Shown here in pieces: positions 17,336 to 27,799 of a DNA stretch of 64,000 nucleotides. How positions within the stretch are numbered: the stretch's first letter is position 1; each line of letters opens with the position of its first letter. Source of the DNA: an uncultured Collinsella sp. (GTDB taxonomy: Bacteria; Actinomycetota; Coriobacteriia; Coriobacteriales; Coriobacteriaceae); the NCBI GenBank assembly GCA_900543605.1, contig UQSK01000001.1, positions 23,720-87,719 on the forward strand, in the 5' to 3' direction. A program made the translations under genes and the position numbers. The notes below the pieces were generated by a model. The model ran no database searches, was not told where the DNA came from, and saw nothing but the letters and a program-made list of their open reading frames with translations.

Positions 17336-18274
17336 ATGACAGACATCGTCCACGTCGAAAACCTCGTCAAGCGCTACGACGATCTTATCGCGCTCGACCA
17401 CTTTAACCTGAGCATCGCCCCTGGCGAGATCTTTGGCCTGCTCGGCCCCAACGGCTCGGGCAAAACCACGTCCATCAACTGTATTCTGCAGCTGCTTGCC
17501 TACGACAAAGGCACCATCGAGCTGTTCGGCGAGCCCATGACGCCCACCCGCTACGACCTCAAGCGCCGCATTGGCGTGGTCCCGCAGCAAGTTGCGGTGT
17601 TCGACGAGCTCACGGTGCGCGAGAACATCGACTATTTCTGCAGCCTTTACGTTAGCGACCGCAAGCGCCGCCGCGCGCTGGTGGACGAGGCGATCGACTT
17701 TGTCGGGCTGGGCGACTTTACCAAGTTCCGCCCCGGCAAGCTCTCGGGCGGCCTGGCGCGTCGCCTCAACATCGCCTGCGGCACTGCGCACAAGCCCGAG
17801 CTCATCTTCTTTGACGAGCCCACGGTGGCGGTCGACCCGCAGAGCCGCAACGCCATCCTGGAGGGCATCTGCCGCCTGCGCGACGAGGGCGCCACGGTGG
17901 TGTATACCAGCCATTACATGGAGGAAGTCGAGCAGATCTGCAGCCGCATCATGATCATGGACGGCGGCCGCGTGCTGGCGCAGGGCACCAACGACGAGCT
18001 CAAGCGCATGATTCAGATGGGCGAGCGCGTGACTGTCGAGGTCGGCGCCGTCGAGGCCGCCACAGTCGAGCGCCTGCGCGCCCTCGAGCACGTGCTCAGC
18101 GTCGAGCTGTCCGGCGGCGAGCTCGTCTGCACCTGCGAGGCGAGCCCGCACAACTTGGTCGATATCCTCGACACGCTGCGCGCTGCCGACGTTGCGCTCG
18201 GCCGCGTGTGGAGCGAGCCGCCGACCCTCAACGACGTGTTCCTCGAGATCACCGGCCGTGAGCTGCGCGACTAG
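17336..18274 (+). CDS. ABC transporter ATP-binding protein (ABC-2 exporter type)
   Basis: The start was moved to the ATG at 17336. Walker A is GPNGSGKTT, the signature is LSGGLARRL and Walker B is LIFFDEP. Confidence 0.9.
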   Translation: MTDIVHVENLVKRYDDLIALDHFNLSIAPGEIFGLLGPNGSGKTTSINCILQLLAYDKGTIELFGEPMTPTRYDLKRRIGVVPQQVAVFDELTVRENIDYFCSLYVSDRKRRRALVDEAIDFVGLGDFTKFRPGKLSGGLARRLNIACGTAHKPELIFFDEPTVAVDPQSRNAILEGICRLRDEGATVVYTSHYMEEVEQICSRIMIMDGGRVLAQGTNDELKRMIQMGERVTVEVGAVEAATVERLRALEHVLSVELSGGELVCTCEASPHNLVDILDTLRAADVALGRVWSEPPTLNDVFLEITGRELRD

Positions 18275-18283
18275 GGGGCAGCC

Positions 18284-19471
18284 ATGTTCAACACCATCAT
18301 CACCACGGTCAAGACACTGCTGCGCCGGCCGAGCACGTGGGTTTGGGGCGCGGTCTTTCCCGTCGCGCTTTCCACGATGTTCATGTTTATGTTTGCGAAC
18401 CTCAGTTCCGACGGCACGGTCGACCCGGTGCCGGTGGCCGTCGTGGCGGATGAGGCTTGGGACGCCTCGACCTTTAAGGATGTGGCGACGTCGCTTGCCA
18501 AGGAGGGCGACGACCAGCTGCTCGAGATCCACGAGTGCGACGACGCAGCCGATGCGAACCGTGCGCTCAAGGCCGGCGAAGTCGCGGGCATCTACACGGT
18601 CGATGCCGCGGGCACGCCCAAACTCACACTGCTATCGAGTTACGACAGCTCACGTGCGAGTACGGTGCTCACCGACCGCAGCATTCTGGAGACGGTAGCG
18701 AGCTCGTATACACAAAATGCCGAGCTCATGCGCCAGATTGCCCAGGACAACCCGGCGGCGCTCGCCGACCCGGAGGCGGTTGCGCGCGCCCTGTCGCTCG
18801 AGGGCGGAACCCGCCGCGTGAGCCTGACACGCACCACGCCCGACGGCACGGTCATCTACTATTACGCGCTCTTTGGCCTGGTCGCGATGATGTCTGCCGA
18901 GTTTGCCGCCTTGAGCGTCGTTGACCTGCAGCCCAATCTGTCGGGCCTTGGCGCGCGCCGCTGCGTGGGCGGTCTTTCCAAGACGGCGTCGCTAGCCGGT
19001 ATCTTTGTGGGCTCGTGGCTGGTCTCCTTTGCCTCAATGGCGGTTGCGATTGGCTACGTGCGCCTGGTCGTGGGCGTCGACTTTGGCGGGCGCGAGGGAC
19101 TGTGTCTGGTGGGCGGTGCCGCTTCCGCGCTTGCCGCCACGGGCTTGGGGCTCTTTGTGGGCACGCTTCCCGTTAAGGGCGGCAAGGCGTCCAAGTCGGG
19201 CATCCTCACGGGCTTCGCCACCACATGCGCCCTGTTTGCCGGCCTCTACGGCGAGCCGGCGATGGCGCTTGCCGACGACGTCGCCCGCGCCTGCCCGGCC
19301 GAGTGCTGGTTCAACCCCGTCAAGCTTATCTGCGACATGTTCAATCGCCTGTATTTCTTTGAGGACCTGGGCCCCTTTGCCGTTCGCGCCGGCGCGCTCG
19401 TCCTGATGGCCCTGGTGTTCGTTGCCGCCGCCACGCTGATCTTTGGAAGGAGCCGCTATGAGCACCTTTAA
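18284..19471 (+). CDS. ABC-2 type transporter permease
   Basis: 395 aa. One N-terminal TM helix, a large extracytoplasmic loop, then five or six C-terminal TM helices. The gene immediately follows the ATPase gene. Confidence 0.7.
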   Translation: MFNTIITTVKTLLRRPSTWVWGAVFPVALSTMFMFMFANLSSDGTVDPVPVAVVADEAWDASTFKDVATSLAKEGDDQLLEIHECDDAADANRALKAGEVAGIYTVDAAGTPKLTLLSSYDSSRASTVLTDRSILETVASSYTQNAELMRQIAQDNPAALADPEAVARALSLEGGTRRVSLTRTTPDGTVIYYYALFGLVAMMSAEFAALSVVDLQPNLSGLGARRCVGGLSKTASLAGIFVGSWLVSFASMAVAIGYVRLVVGVDFGGREGLCLVGGAASALAATGLGLFVGTLPVKGGKASKSGILTGFATTCALFAGLYGEPAMALADDVARACPAECWFNPVKLICDMFNRLYFFEDLGPFAVRAGALVLMALVFVAAATLIFGRSRYEHL

Positions 19472-20663
19472 GACCGCGCTTCGCATGGCACTGGCGCACC
19501 CATTCTACCTGCTTATCTATACGGTGTTCATCTCGCTCATGGGCGTATTCATCGCGGCCTCGGTGAGCTGGAACTCGTCGCAGCTTACCGAGTACAAGCC
19601 CTACGACACCAACGTGATCGTGGTCGACCGCGACGACAGCGACCTTTCGCGTGCGCTTACCAAGCATCTGGGTTCGCGTTTTGAGCTGGTCACGGGCATC
19701 GGCGACGATACGTACGACCTTGCGGACGCGCTCTCCAAGAGCAATAGCGCCAAGGGTAGCGCCGACTGTGTGTTCTTTATCCCGGAGGGATTTGAGGGTG
19801 ACCTCGTTGCGGCCGCCCGTGCGGGGAAGGCCCTGCCCAAACTCGACGTGACGTACGGCTCCGGCACCATGGCGGCTGCGCTTTCGTCTGCCGAGGCCTC
19901 GCGCTGGATCTCGCTCGCGGGTGCTGCGGCCGCGCTTGAGCCCGCTGCCCCCAACGGCGATGTTGCCAAGGCGGCCGAGCATGCCGCCGCGAAGCGCGCC
20001 AAGGTCGAGATCGAGCAGGTAAAGGTCGACTCGACTGCCGCCGCCACGCTCGAGTCGTATTTCAACTTTGGTGCGTACGCGATTATCTCGTCGGTCATCG
20101 TGTCGGTGGGGCTGGTGTTCTCGGGCATGAACGAGCCCGAGCGCATGCGCCGCATGGATGCCGGCCCGGTCTCCGAGCGCCAGCGTTCGCTTGCCGTGTT
20201 CGCGGCTGCCGCCGTGCTTACCGTCTGCATTTGGTTTGTGTCGAGCATGATGGGCGTCGTGGGCTTTGCCGGCGCGGTCGCCGAGGTCGGCGTGGGGCGC
20301 GTGTGCCTGGCGCTGGCAGCAACGTTTGCCCTGGCGTGCACGCCGCTTGCCGTTGGCTTTGCGCTGTCGAGCCTGGGCGCGCGCGAAGAGCTGCTCAACG
20401 GCGTGGGCAACCTGCTTGGCATGCTCATGACGTTTTTGGGCGGTGCCTGGATGCCGCTGTCGCTCATGGGCTCGGCCGTGCAGACCGCGGCGCATTTTGT
20501 GCCGACGTTTTGGGTGAACGACGCGATCAGCAAGGCGCTTGCCTCGGACCTGACGTCCGCCGTGCTGGGCGACATCGCCTGCGACCTAGGCGTCACGGCG
20601 CTCTTTGCCATGGCCATCGCCGCCGTAGGCCTCGCCCTCGCACGCGCCAAATCCCGCGCCTAG
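19458..20663 (+). CDS. second ABC-2 type transporter permease
   Basis: ATG at 19458 preceded by GGAAGGAG. The gene has the same architecture as the previous permease and overlaps its end. Confidence 0.7.
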   Translation: MSTFKTALRMALAHPFYLLIYTVFISLMGVFIAASVSWNSSQLTEYKPYDTNVIVVDRDDSDLSRALTKHLGSRFELVTGIGDDTYDLADALSKSNSAKGSADCVFFIPEGFEGDLVAAARAGKALPKLDVTYGSGTMAAALSSAEASRWISLAGAAAALEPAAPNGDVAKAAEHAAAKRAKVEIEQVKVDSTAAATLESYFNFGAYAIISSVIVSVGLVFSGMNEPERMRRMDAGPVSERQRSLAVFAAAAVLTVCIWFVSSMMGVVGFAGAVAEVGVGRVCLALAATFALACTPLAVGFALSSLGAREELLNGVGNLLGMLMTFLGGAWMPLSLMGSAVQTAAHFVPTFWVNDAISKALASDLTSAVLGDIACDLGVTALFAMAIAAVGLALARAKSRA

Positions 20664-20667
20664 CCAC

Positions 20668-20700
20668 CTAGTCATTTAAGAACGTCCCCAATGACTAGTC
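20668..20700 (-). repeat. REP-like hairpin unit (TCATTGGGGAC...CTTAAATGA family)
   Basis: CTAGTCATTTAAGAACGTCCCCAATGACTAGTC is the reverse complement of the unit seen at 24899, 33580 and 56668. Confidence 0.8.
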
Positions 20701-20779
20701 TGAAATAAATCCCAGGCCTCGCTCCAAAATAGTTCGCCAAGGTTTACTATTACCTTATTAAAGTAGCGACAGGCTAACA

Positions 20780-21505
20780 ATGGGGGATACTATGGCAACG
20801 CAGGAAGCCTACGTCCAGGTTAAGGATCTCAAAAAGCATTACGGCGATGGAGATGCACGCCTGACGGTGCTCGACGGCATCGACACGTCCATCAACCGCG
20901 GCGAGATCTGCGTCATGTTGGGCCCCTCGGGTTCGGGCAAGTCGACCTTCCTTAACCTGATCGGTGGCCTGGAGGATGCCGACGCCGGCTCTATTCTGGT
21001 GGACGGCTGCGACCTCACGGTGCTCAAGCCTACCGACCTGGGTGAGTATCGCCGCCGCGAGCTGGGCTTTGTCTTTCAGTTCTACAACCTGGTGCCCGAT
21101 CTGACCATCAAGGAGAACATCGAGGTCACGGCGCACCTGTCCAAAAACCCGCTCAATGTCGACGACCTGCTACGCTCGCTGGGCCTCTACGAGCACCGCA
21201 ACAAGTTCCCGCGCCAGGTCTCGGGCGGCCAGCAGCAGCGTTGCGCCATCGGCCGCGCGCTCGTCAAAAACCCGGGCCTGCTGCTGTGCGACGAGCCCAC
21301 GGGTGCGCTCGATTACAAGACATCCAAGGAAATCCTGCAGCTCATGGAGGACGTCAATCGCGAGTACGGCTGCACCATCATCATCGTCACCCACAATGCC
21401 GCCATCGCCCGCATGGCCAATCGCGTGCTGCGCCTGCGCGACGGACGTATCGTCGAGGACGAACTCAACGAGTCGCCCGTTGCGGCCGCCGAGCTCGATT
21501 GGTAG
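20780..21505 (+). CDS. ABC transporter ATP-binding protein (MacB/LolD/FtsE-like)
   Basis: Walker A is GPSGSGKST, the signature is [15 protein letters not shown] and Walker B is [15 protein letters not shown] 20792 is an alternative start. Confidence 0.9.
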   Translation: MGDTMATQEAYVQVKDLKKHYGDGDARLTVLDGIDTSINRGEICVMLGPSGSGKSTFLNLIGGLEDADAGSILVDGCDLTVLKPTDLGEYRRRELGFVFQFYNLVPDLTIKENIEVTAHLSKNPLNVDDLLRSLGLYEHRNKFPRQVSGGQQQRCAIGRALVKNPGLLLCDEPTGALDYKTSKEILQLMEDVNREYGCTIIIVTHNAAIARMANRVLRLRDGRIVEDELNESPVAAAELDW

Positions 21506-21513
21506 GCAGCGCC

Positions 21514-24180
21514 ATGTCACCTCTTGCAAAACGACTCCCGCGCGAGCTGCGCCGCAATATCGGCAAGTACCTGGGCATCTTTTTGCTTATGTGCGGAAGC
21601 ATTGCCCTTACATCGGGCTTTTTGCTCGCGGCGCATTCCATCGGTTGCCTTATCGACGACATGCGCGATGCGTACACGATTGAGGACGGCCGCGTGACCA
21701 CCTCCTTCGAGGCTACCGACGATCAACTCAAGGCTGCCGAGGATGCCGCCAGTGACGTCGGCGGCGTCACGCTCTACAAGAATTTCTCCATCGACGCCAT
21801 CATCAAAAAGGCGTCCGGCGACGACGGCACCAAGCGCACGCTGCGCACCTATGCGCACCGCACCAAGGTCGATATCGCGTCCTACTGTGAGGGCAAGGAG
21901 CCCAAGACGGACGGTGAGGTGGCAATCGACCGTGTCTTCGCCACCAACAACGACCTCGCCGTGGGCGATAAAGTCGAGCTCGAGGGTCGCACCTACACCA
22001 TCTGCGGCATCATGACCCAGCCCGATAGCCAGGCGCTGTTCCTCAACAATTCGGACTTTACGGTGAACACCATCACGTACGGCGTGGCCGAGGTCACCGA
22101 CGCCGGCTTTGCCGCGCTCGAGGACGCCGGCGGCGCACCCGCCTACACATACTCCTTCACCTTTGCCGATCGCGATCTCTCCACCGCGGACCGCACCGAT
22201 GCCGAGCAGGATATGGTAGAGGCGCTCACCGACGCCGATGCGCGCGTGGATGACCTCATCGACGCCGATTCCAACCAGGGCATTGGCTACGCGCGCGACG
22301 ACGTAGACGGCGACTCCATGATGTGGATGACGCTGCTCGACATCATCATCGTAATCATGGCGTTTGTCTTTGTGGTTCTTACCGATGCCACCATCGAGGA
22401 GGAGAGCGCCATCATCGGCACGCTGCTCGCCAGCGGCTATCGTCGACGCGAGATCGTGCTGCACTACCTTGCGCTTCCCGCTATCGTGGGCGTGGTCGCG
22501 GCGCTTTTGGGCACTGCGCTCGGCATAGCGTTCTTTACCGAGCCCATGCGCGGCCTCTATTACGGTTCGTACAGCCTGCCGCCCTTCCAGGTGTACTGGA
22601 GCTGGGAGATCTTTGTGAAGTGCGCCGTGGTTCCCGCCGTCGCGCTCATCCTCATCACGCTGGTGGGCCTGCTTCGCAAAATGGGCAAGACGCCGTTGCA
22701 ATTCCTTCGTCACGAGGCGAGCGGCAAGTCTGGCACCAAGCGTGGCGTGCAACTGCCGGAGCGCATGGGCTTTGTTTCCCGCTTCCGCCTGCGTATCTTC
22801 CTGCGCAATCTGGGCAACTTCGCCACGCTCTTCGTGGGCATTGCGTTTGCGTCGCTGCTGCTGCTCTTTGGCCTGGCGATTCTGCCCACGATGACGCACT
22901 ATGCGGACAATCTCGAGACGAGTCTGGTCGCCGAGCACCAGTACACGCTCAAGGCGCCGCTGGAGCTCGAGGGTACCGCCGAGGAGCGCGAGCAGTGGTC
23001 GGCACTCGAGCGCTTGCAGTCGGTTGACGGCGCGCTGCTTTCTGCCGCCCAGGATGCCGATGACGAGCTTGACGACGCGGCCGATGCGGCGCAGACGGCA
23101 GCCGATGCCGCGACCGCATCTCCGTCTGCCGAGAGCCTGGCCGCGGCGCAGGACGCGCTTGCCAAGGTCCAGGACAAGAAGGATGCGCTCTACGCGCGCC
23201 TCGATGACCTTGCCGATGCCCTCGGCTGCGACCGCGATGAGGCCATCGACCTGATCGACAAGGCCTCTAAGATCGACACTGACAACGACGATATCCACCC
23301 GGTCAATACGACCGACAACGGCGTGGGCGCAATCGCACAGGCCGAGAAATACGCTGTCTACCAGCTGCAATACGATCGCGGCGACGGAAATGGGCAGGAG
23401 ACGATTTCCGTCTACGGCATCTCGCCCAACTCGCGCTATTGGAAAGATCTCAACGTCGGCGATGGGCGCGTTGTCTTTGGCGGTGGCTTGCTCGACAAGT
23501 TTGGCTGGAGCGAGGGACAGAAGGTCACGCTCCACGACAAGTACGAGGGCAAGGACTATTCACTGGAGTACACGGGCAAGGACGCCACCTGGGGCTCCAA
23601 ATCGGACATGAATATCTACATGAGCATCGGCGACTTTAACGAGCTGTTCGACAACGACGCCGCCTACTTTAACGGCTATGTGAGCGACGAGAAGCTCGAC
23701 CTCGATGCTCGTTACTTTGCCGGCGACACCACGCCCGACGACATGCGCGCCGTGGGCGACCAGTTCATCGGCATGATGAGCAAAATGATCGGCATGATGG
23801 TTGGGCTTGCGGTGTTCATCTTCCTACTGTTTATGTACCTGCTGACCAAGGCTGTGATCGACCACAGCGCCCGTTCGATCAGCTACATGAAGGTCTTTGG
23901 CTATCGCGATAGCGAGATCTCGCATCTGTACATCCGCTCGATCACGCTGTGCGTGGCGGCGTCGCTCGTGCTGAGCCTGCCGGTCATTATTGGCTCGCTC
24001 ACGGCCATCTTCCGCTCGATGCTGCTCGCCTACAACGGCAATATCGAGATCTACGTGCCCGCTTGGTCCATGGCCGCATGCGTCGGCATCGGCTTTGCGA
24101 CCTACCTGGTCGTGGCGCTGCTGCACACGCGCTCCATCAAGCGCGTCAGCCTGGCCGAGGCGCTCAAGGTCCAGGAATAG
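21514..24180 (+). CDS. large FtsX-family ABC permease (two FtsX modules, MacB-like)
   Basis: The start was moved to the ATG at 21514 (MSPLAKRLPRELRRNIGKYLGIFLLM). 889 aa. There are two blocks of 3-4 TM helices separated by large Asp/Ala-rich extracytoplasmic regions. The gene follows the ATPase by 8 nt. Confidence 0.8.
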   Translation: MSPLAKRLPRELRRNIGKYLGIFLLMCGSIALTSGFLLAAHSIGCLIDDMRDAYTIEDGRVTTSFEATDDQLKAAEDAASDVGGVTLYKNFSIDAIIKKASGDDGTKRTLRTYAHRTKVDIASYCEGKEPKTDGEVAIDRVFATNNDLAVGDKVELEGRTYTICGIMTQPDSQALFLNNSDFTVNTITYGVAEVTDAGFAALEDAGGAPAYTYSFTFADRDLSTADRTDAEQDMVEALTDADARVDDLIDADSNQGIGYARDDVDGDSMMWMTLLDIIIVIMAFVFVVLTDATIEEESAIIGTLLASGYRRREIVLHYLALPAIVGVVAALLGTALGIAFFTEPMRGLYYGSYSLPPFQVYWSWEIFVKCAVVPAVALILITLVGLLRKMGKTPLQFLRHEASGKSGTKRGVQLPERMGFVSRFRLRIFLRNLGNFATLFVGIAFASLLLLFGLAILPTMTHYADNLETSLVAEHQYTLKAPLELEGTAEEREQWSALERLQSVDGALLSAAQDADDELDDAADAAQTAADAATASPSAESLAAAQDALAKVQDKKDALYARLDDLADALGCDRDEAIDLIDKASKIDTDNDDIHPVNTTDNGVGAIAQAEKYAVYQLQYDRGDGNGQETISVYGISPNSRYWKDLNVGDGRVVFGGGLLDKFGWSEGQKVTLHDKYEGKDYSLEYTGKDATWGSKSDMNIYMSIGDFNELFDNDAAYFNGYVSDEKLDLDARYFAGDTTPDDMRAVGDQFIGMMSKMIGMMVGLAVFIFLLFMYLLTKAVIDHSARSISYMKVFGYRDSEISHLYIRSITLCVAASLVLSLPVIIGSLTAIFRSMLLAYNGNIEIYVPAWSMAACVGIGFATYLVVALLHTRSIKRVSLAEALKVQE

Positions 24181-24188
24181 GAGGGCTC

Positions 24189-24836
24189 ATGGCCAGATCG
24201 GCAGAAGAGCTCAAGCAGCTTTCCGTCAAAGAGTTCACCGAGGCGGCGAAGATCTACGAGTCCGGCCATGCCGGGATCTACGAGATGTGCAAGGACGACT
24301 ATCCGCAGATGCTTGAGGAGCTCGCGCTCGAGCCGTTCGAGGATGTGCTCGACGTGGGCTGCGGAACCGGAGCAGTCCTGGAGCTGCTGCACGGGGAATA
24401 CCCGGGCAAGCACCTGACGGGGCTCGACCTCACGCCCAAAATGATCGAGGCGGCATGCGCCAAGCAGCTCGGGAACGTCCGCTTCGTCGTCGGGGACGCC
24501 GAAGCCCTGCCCTTCGAGCCGCAAAGCTTCGACGCCGTGCTCTGCTCCAACAGTTTCCATCACTATCCGCACCCCGAGAGGTTCTTCGCCGAGGCGGCCC
24601 GAGTCCTGCGCCCCGGCGGGCGCCTGATTCTCCGCGACTACACGTCGAGCGACTTCGTGGTATGGCTCATGAACACCTTTGAGCTGCCGTTGGCGCGCCT
24701 CGCAGGTCACGGCGATGTCCGAATCTGCAAGGTGTCCGAGCTTCGCGCGCTCGCCGAGAGGGCTGGATTCCTCCTGCTCAAGCTCGAGGCGCAGAAAGGC
24801 TTCCGCGCCCACCTGGTTGCGCGCAAGCCCTCCTAG
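24189..24836 (+). CDS. class I SAM-dependent methyltransferase
   Basis: The start was moved to the ATG at 24189. Motif I is VLDVGCGTG, and RPGGRLIL is also present. Confidence 0.85.
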   Translation: MARSAEELKQLSVKEFTEAAKIYESGHAGIYEMCKDDYPQMLEELALEPFEDVLDVGCGTGAVLELLHGEYPGKHLTGLDLTPKMIEAACAKQLGNVRFVVGDAEALPFEPQSFDAVLCSNSFHHYPHPERFFAEAARVLRPGGRLILRDYTSSDFVVWLMNTFELPLARLAGHGDVRICKVSELRALAERAGFLLLKLEAQKGFRAHLVARKPS

Positions 24837-24898
24837 GCCGACCACGCATCACACACATTTTGGGACGAAATCCCCCGCGACGCCTTTCCTACCAAGAG

Positions 24899-25108
24899 TG
24901 GTCATTGGGGACAGTCTTAAATGACTAGTCATCGGGGACAGTCTTTGCCGATTCGCCGGTTCGCCGGCCGGGCTGGCAAGGACTGTCCCCAACTGCCGGC
25001 AGGAACGGGGCGTCCCCAACTGCCGGCAGGAAAGGAACGTCCCCAAGTGCCGGGTGGCGAAAGAGTGCCCCTGGCGACTGGTCATTTAAGACTGTCCCCA
25101 ACGACTAG
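24899..25108. repeat. composite ~210-nt element bounded by inverted copies of the TCATTGGGGAC unit, with internal GTCCCCAACTGCCGGCAGG repeats
   Basis: The left end is TGGTCATTGGGGACAGTCTTAAATGACTAG (24899-). The right end is CTGGTCATTTAAGACTGTCCCCAACGACTAG (25078-25108), which is inverted. Three internal copies of GTCCCCAA(C/G)TGCCGG lie at about 24985, 25012 and 25040. Confidence 0.75.
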
Positions 25109-25190
25109 GTTTCGCGCTTGACTTCGACCCTACTTCAATGGGTACCATCCCAAATGTCTGTAACGCCATATAGACCGAGGGGATAGATCT

Positions 25191-26396
25191 ATGACCGCAA
25201 TCGCGCCCGCCGCACCCGCCAAGGTGTACTTCACCAACCTGCGCACGCATGCTCGCGAGAGCCAGCTCGACAAGCTCAAGCGCCTCATCCGTCGCGCCGG
25301 TATTGAGCAGATCGACTTTGAGAACAAGTTCGTCGCCATCAAGATTCACTTTGGCGAGTTGGGCAACCTGAGCTTTTTGCGCCCCAACTACGCCCGTGCC
25401 GTCGCGGATGTCGTGAAGGAGCTGGGCGGCAAGCCCTTCCTCACCGACTGCAACACGCTCTACGTCGGTAGCCGCAAAAACGCGCTCGAGCACATCGATA
25501 CCGCCTATCAGAACGGCTTTACCCCGTATGCCACGGGTTGCCAGATCATCATCGCCGACGGTCTTAAGGGTACCGATGAGGCGCTCGTCCCGGTCGAGGG
25601 CGGCGAGTACGTGCACGAGGCCAAGATCGGCCAGGCGCTCATGGACGCCGACATTGTGATCAGTCTCACCCACTTTAAGGGTCATGAGCAGGCCGGATTT
25701 GGCGGAGCCATGAAGAACCTGGGCATGGGAGGCGGTAGCCGTGCTGGCAAGATGGAGCAGCACGCCGCCGGCAAGCCGAATGTCGATACCACCAACTGCG
25801 TGGGCTGCCACGCCTGCGAAAAGATCTGCGCGCACAACGCCGTCTCGTTTGACGACACCCGCGAGCGCGAGCTTGCCAACGGTAGTACTCGCACGGTACA
25901 CGTGGCCGCCATCGACCACAATCGCTGCGTGGGGTGTGGGCGCTGCATTGCGGCGTGCAACCAGGACTGCATCAAGCCCGGCTATGACGCTGCGGCCGAT
26001 GTGCTCAACTACAAGATCGCCGAGTACACGAAGGCTGTCGTCGACGGCCGCCCGAGCTTCCACATCTCGCTTGCCATGGACATCAGCCCCAACTGCGATT
26101 GCCATCCCGAAAACGACACGCCTATCGTCAACGATATCGGCATGTTCGCGAGCTTCGACCCGGTCGCCATCGACCAGGCCTGTGCCGATGCCGTCATGGC
26201 GTCCGAGCCGCTGCCCAACACCGAGCTCACCGATAGCGCGGCCAAGATGGAGCACAACCACGAGCATCTGGAGGGCGAGCAGGCGCACGACCCCTTCTGC
26301 ATCACGCATCCCGATACCGACTGGCGCGCGTGCATCGCGCATGCCGAGAAGATCGGCCTGGGCACGAGCGAGTACGAGCTCATCGAGGTCAAGTAG
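25191..26396 (+). CDS. DUF362-like protein with an inserted 2x[4Fe-4S] ferredoxin domain
   Basis: The segments KVYFTNLR...VAIKIHFGE...FLTDCNT...THFKGH fit DUF362. Two CxxCxxCxxxC motifs are present (CVGCHACEKIC and CVGCGRCIAAC). Confidence 0.7.
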   Translation: MTAIAPAAPAKVYFTNLRTHARESQLDKLKRLIRRAGIEQIDFENKFVAIKIHFGELGNLSFLRPNYARAVADVVKELGGKPFLTDCNTLYVGSRKNALEHIDTAYQNGFTPYATGCQIIIADGLKGTDEALVPVEGGEYVHEAKIGQALMDADIVISLTHFKGHEQAGFGGAMKNLGMGGGSRAGKMEQHAAGKPNVDTTNCVGCHACEKICAHNAVSFDDTRERELANGSTRTVHVAAIDHNRCVGCGRCIAACNQDCIKPGYDAAADVLNYKIAEYTKAVVDGRPSFHISLAMDISPNCDCHPENDTPIVNDIGMFASFDPVAIDQACADAVMASEPLPNTELTDSAAKMEHNHEHLEGEQAHDPFCITHPDTDWRACIAHAEKIGLGTSEYELIEVK

Positions 26397-26443
26397 CACC
26401 TGTCTATTGGACATATCAAGCGCTTTTGTGGCGCAACGTTAGC

Positions 26444-26483
26444 AAAAGCCGCCCGTGAGCACAGTGTCCACGGGCGGCTTTTC
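26444..26483 (+). terminator. intrinsic terminator
   Basis: AAAAGCCGCCCGTG-N-CACGGGCGGCTTTTC. Confidence 0.7.
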
Positions 26484-26605
26484 GGAAGTATGCGGCAAAT
26501 TTCGAGATCGCCGAGCACACGACATTTTTTGGCAACAAAACACCTGATAAATTGTTGGTAAAACTGCGGTCTGGTCGGCAGTCCCAGATTTTGCCGCATA
26601 CTTCC
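26483..26605. repeat. 17-nt perfect inverted repeat with an 89-nt spacer
   Basis: CGGAAGTATGCGGCAAA (26483-26499) and TTTGCCGCATACTTCCG (26589-26605). Confidence 0.7.
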
Positions 26606-26647
26606 GAAAATAGGGGGTCAGATAAAGCCCCAGACGTTGCTTTTTGC

Positions 26648-27613
26648 CTAAAAATACTCGTCGAGGAAGTTGTTGACCGTATTCCAGTAGAGCTCGGGGT
26701 CAACTTGCGCACTCTTGGCGTGGGTGGCGCCATGGATGGTGAGCTTTTGCTTGACCTTGCTGGCGCACGCCTCGTAGTTTTGGTCGAGCATGTCGTACGG
26801 CACAAAGGTGTCCTGGTCGCCGTGGATAAACAGCATGGGAACCGTCGCGTGTTTGAGTTGCTCCACACTGCTCGCCTTATGGAAGTCGTAGCCTGCGCGC
26901 ACGTTGCACACCAAGTTTGCTACATCGAGCAAGGGAAAGCTGGGCAGGCCGAACACGTTCTTGAGCTGCAGAGAAAACTCGTCCCAAACACTCGTATAAC
27001 CGCAGTCCTCGATAATGCATTTCACGTTTGCGGGCAGAGATTCCCCCGCGACGTCCATGGCGGTTGCCGCGCCCATCGACTCGCCAAAGACCAGGATGCG
27101 CGCCTCGGGGTCAGCCTGAACGATTCGCTCGATCCATGCGACGATGTCGAGGCGCTCGGGCCAGCCCATGCCGATATAGTCGCCGCCGGAGCGCTCGTGG
27201 GCACGGGCGGCGGGTGCGAGTACGTTCATGCCGCGGTCGTGGAATCGCTTGACGTATCGGGCCATACCGATGGGCTCGTTGGTATATCCATGCAGGCAGA
27301 CGGCGTAGTCGTGCGTGCTCTCCGACGCAGCAAAATACCAAGCGGCAAGCTCGGTTCCGTCATCTGCGGTGAGGCTGCTGCTCTCGCGATTCTCTTTAAA
27401 CCACGCCCGCGCCTCGGTGTCCTCGGCATCCGGCTGCTCACCTTCTTTGTCGTTCTTGCTATCCTGCATCATCTTCATGGTGTACGGCGCTTGGGGGTTC
27501 AGGGCAAAGTCAAACAAAAAGTTGCCGGCAAACCCCAGCAGCGCGACAACGACTACCAACGTAACAATGCCGGCTATCTTGAGCTTTCGATGAGGGTGTG
27601 CGCTTTGAGGCAT
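26648..27613 (-). CDS. membrane-anchored alpha/beta hydrolase
   Basis: An N-terminal TM helix is present. The nucleophile elbow is GESMG. The C-terminal region is HGDQDTFVP ... GATHA. Confidence 0.8.
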   Translation of the reverse strand: MPQSAHPHRKLKIAGIVTLVVVVALLGFAGNFLFDFALNPQAPYTMKMMQDSKNDKEGEQPDAEDTEARAWFKENRESSSLTADDGTELAAWYFAASESTHDYAVCLHGYTNEPIGMARYVKRFHDRGMNVLAPAARAHERSGGDYIGMGWPERLDIVAWIERIVQADPEARILVFGESMGAATAMDVAGESLPANVKCIIEDCGYTSVWDEFSLQLKNVFGLPSFPLLDVANLVCNVRAGYDFHKASSVEQLKHATVPMLFIHGDQDTFVPYDMLDQNYEACASKVKQKLTIHGATHAKSAQVDPELYWNTVNNFLDEYF

Positions 27614-27799
27614 TTACTGTTCTCCTTAAAGATGTTAATACATCAACATTTAATGCAAGCGCATTATGGACGTTCGCCGTTGATGCGTCAACAGGCAAAG
27701 AATGGGTAAACAAAGGGTCACGTATGGTGCAAATTTCGCACGTACCCAGACGCTTTGATATAGTGTTGAGAACTCTTTACGTTGGAGGATGTAACCGGC

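Noticed and set aside
17264-20495. Minus-strand ORFs 17264..18532 and 19341..20495 opposite the ABC transporter genes
   Set aside because: These are shadow ORFs with His/Arg/Gly-rich nonsense translation.
21517-23535. 672-aa minus-strand ORF opposite the FtsX permease
   Set aside because: It is an antisense shadow ORF in GC-rich DNA with no motifs.
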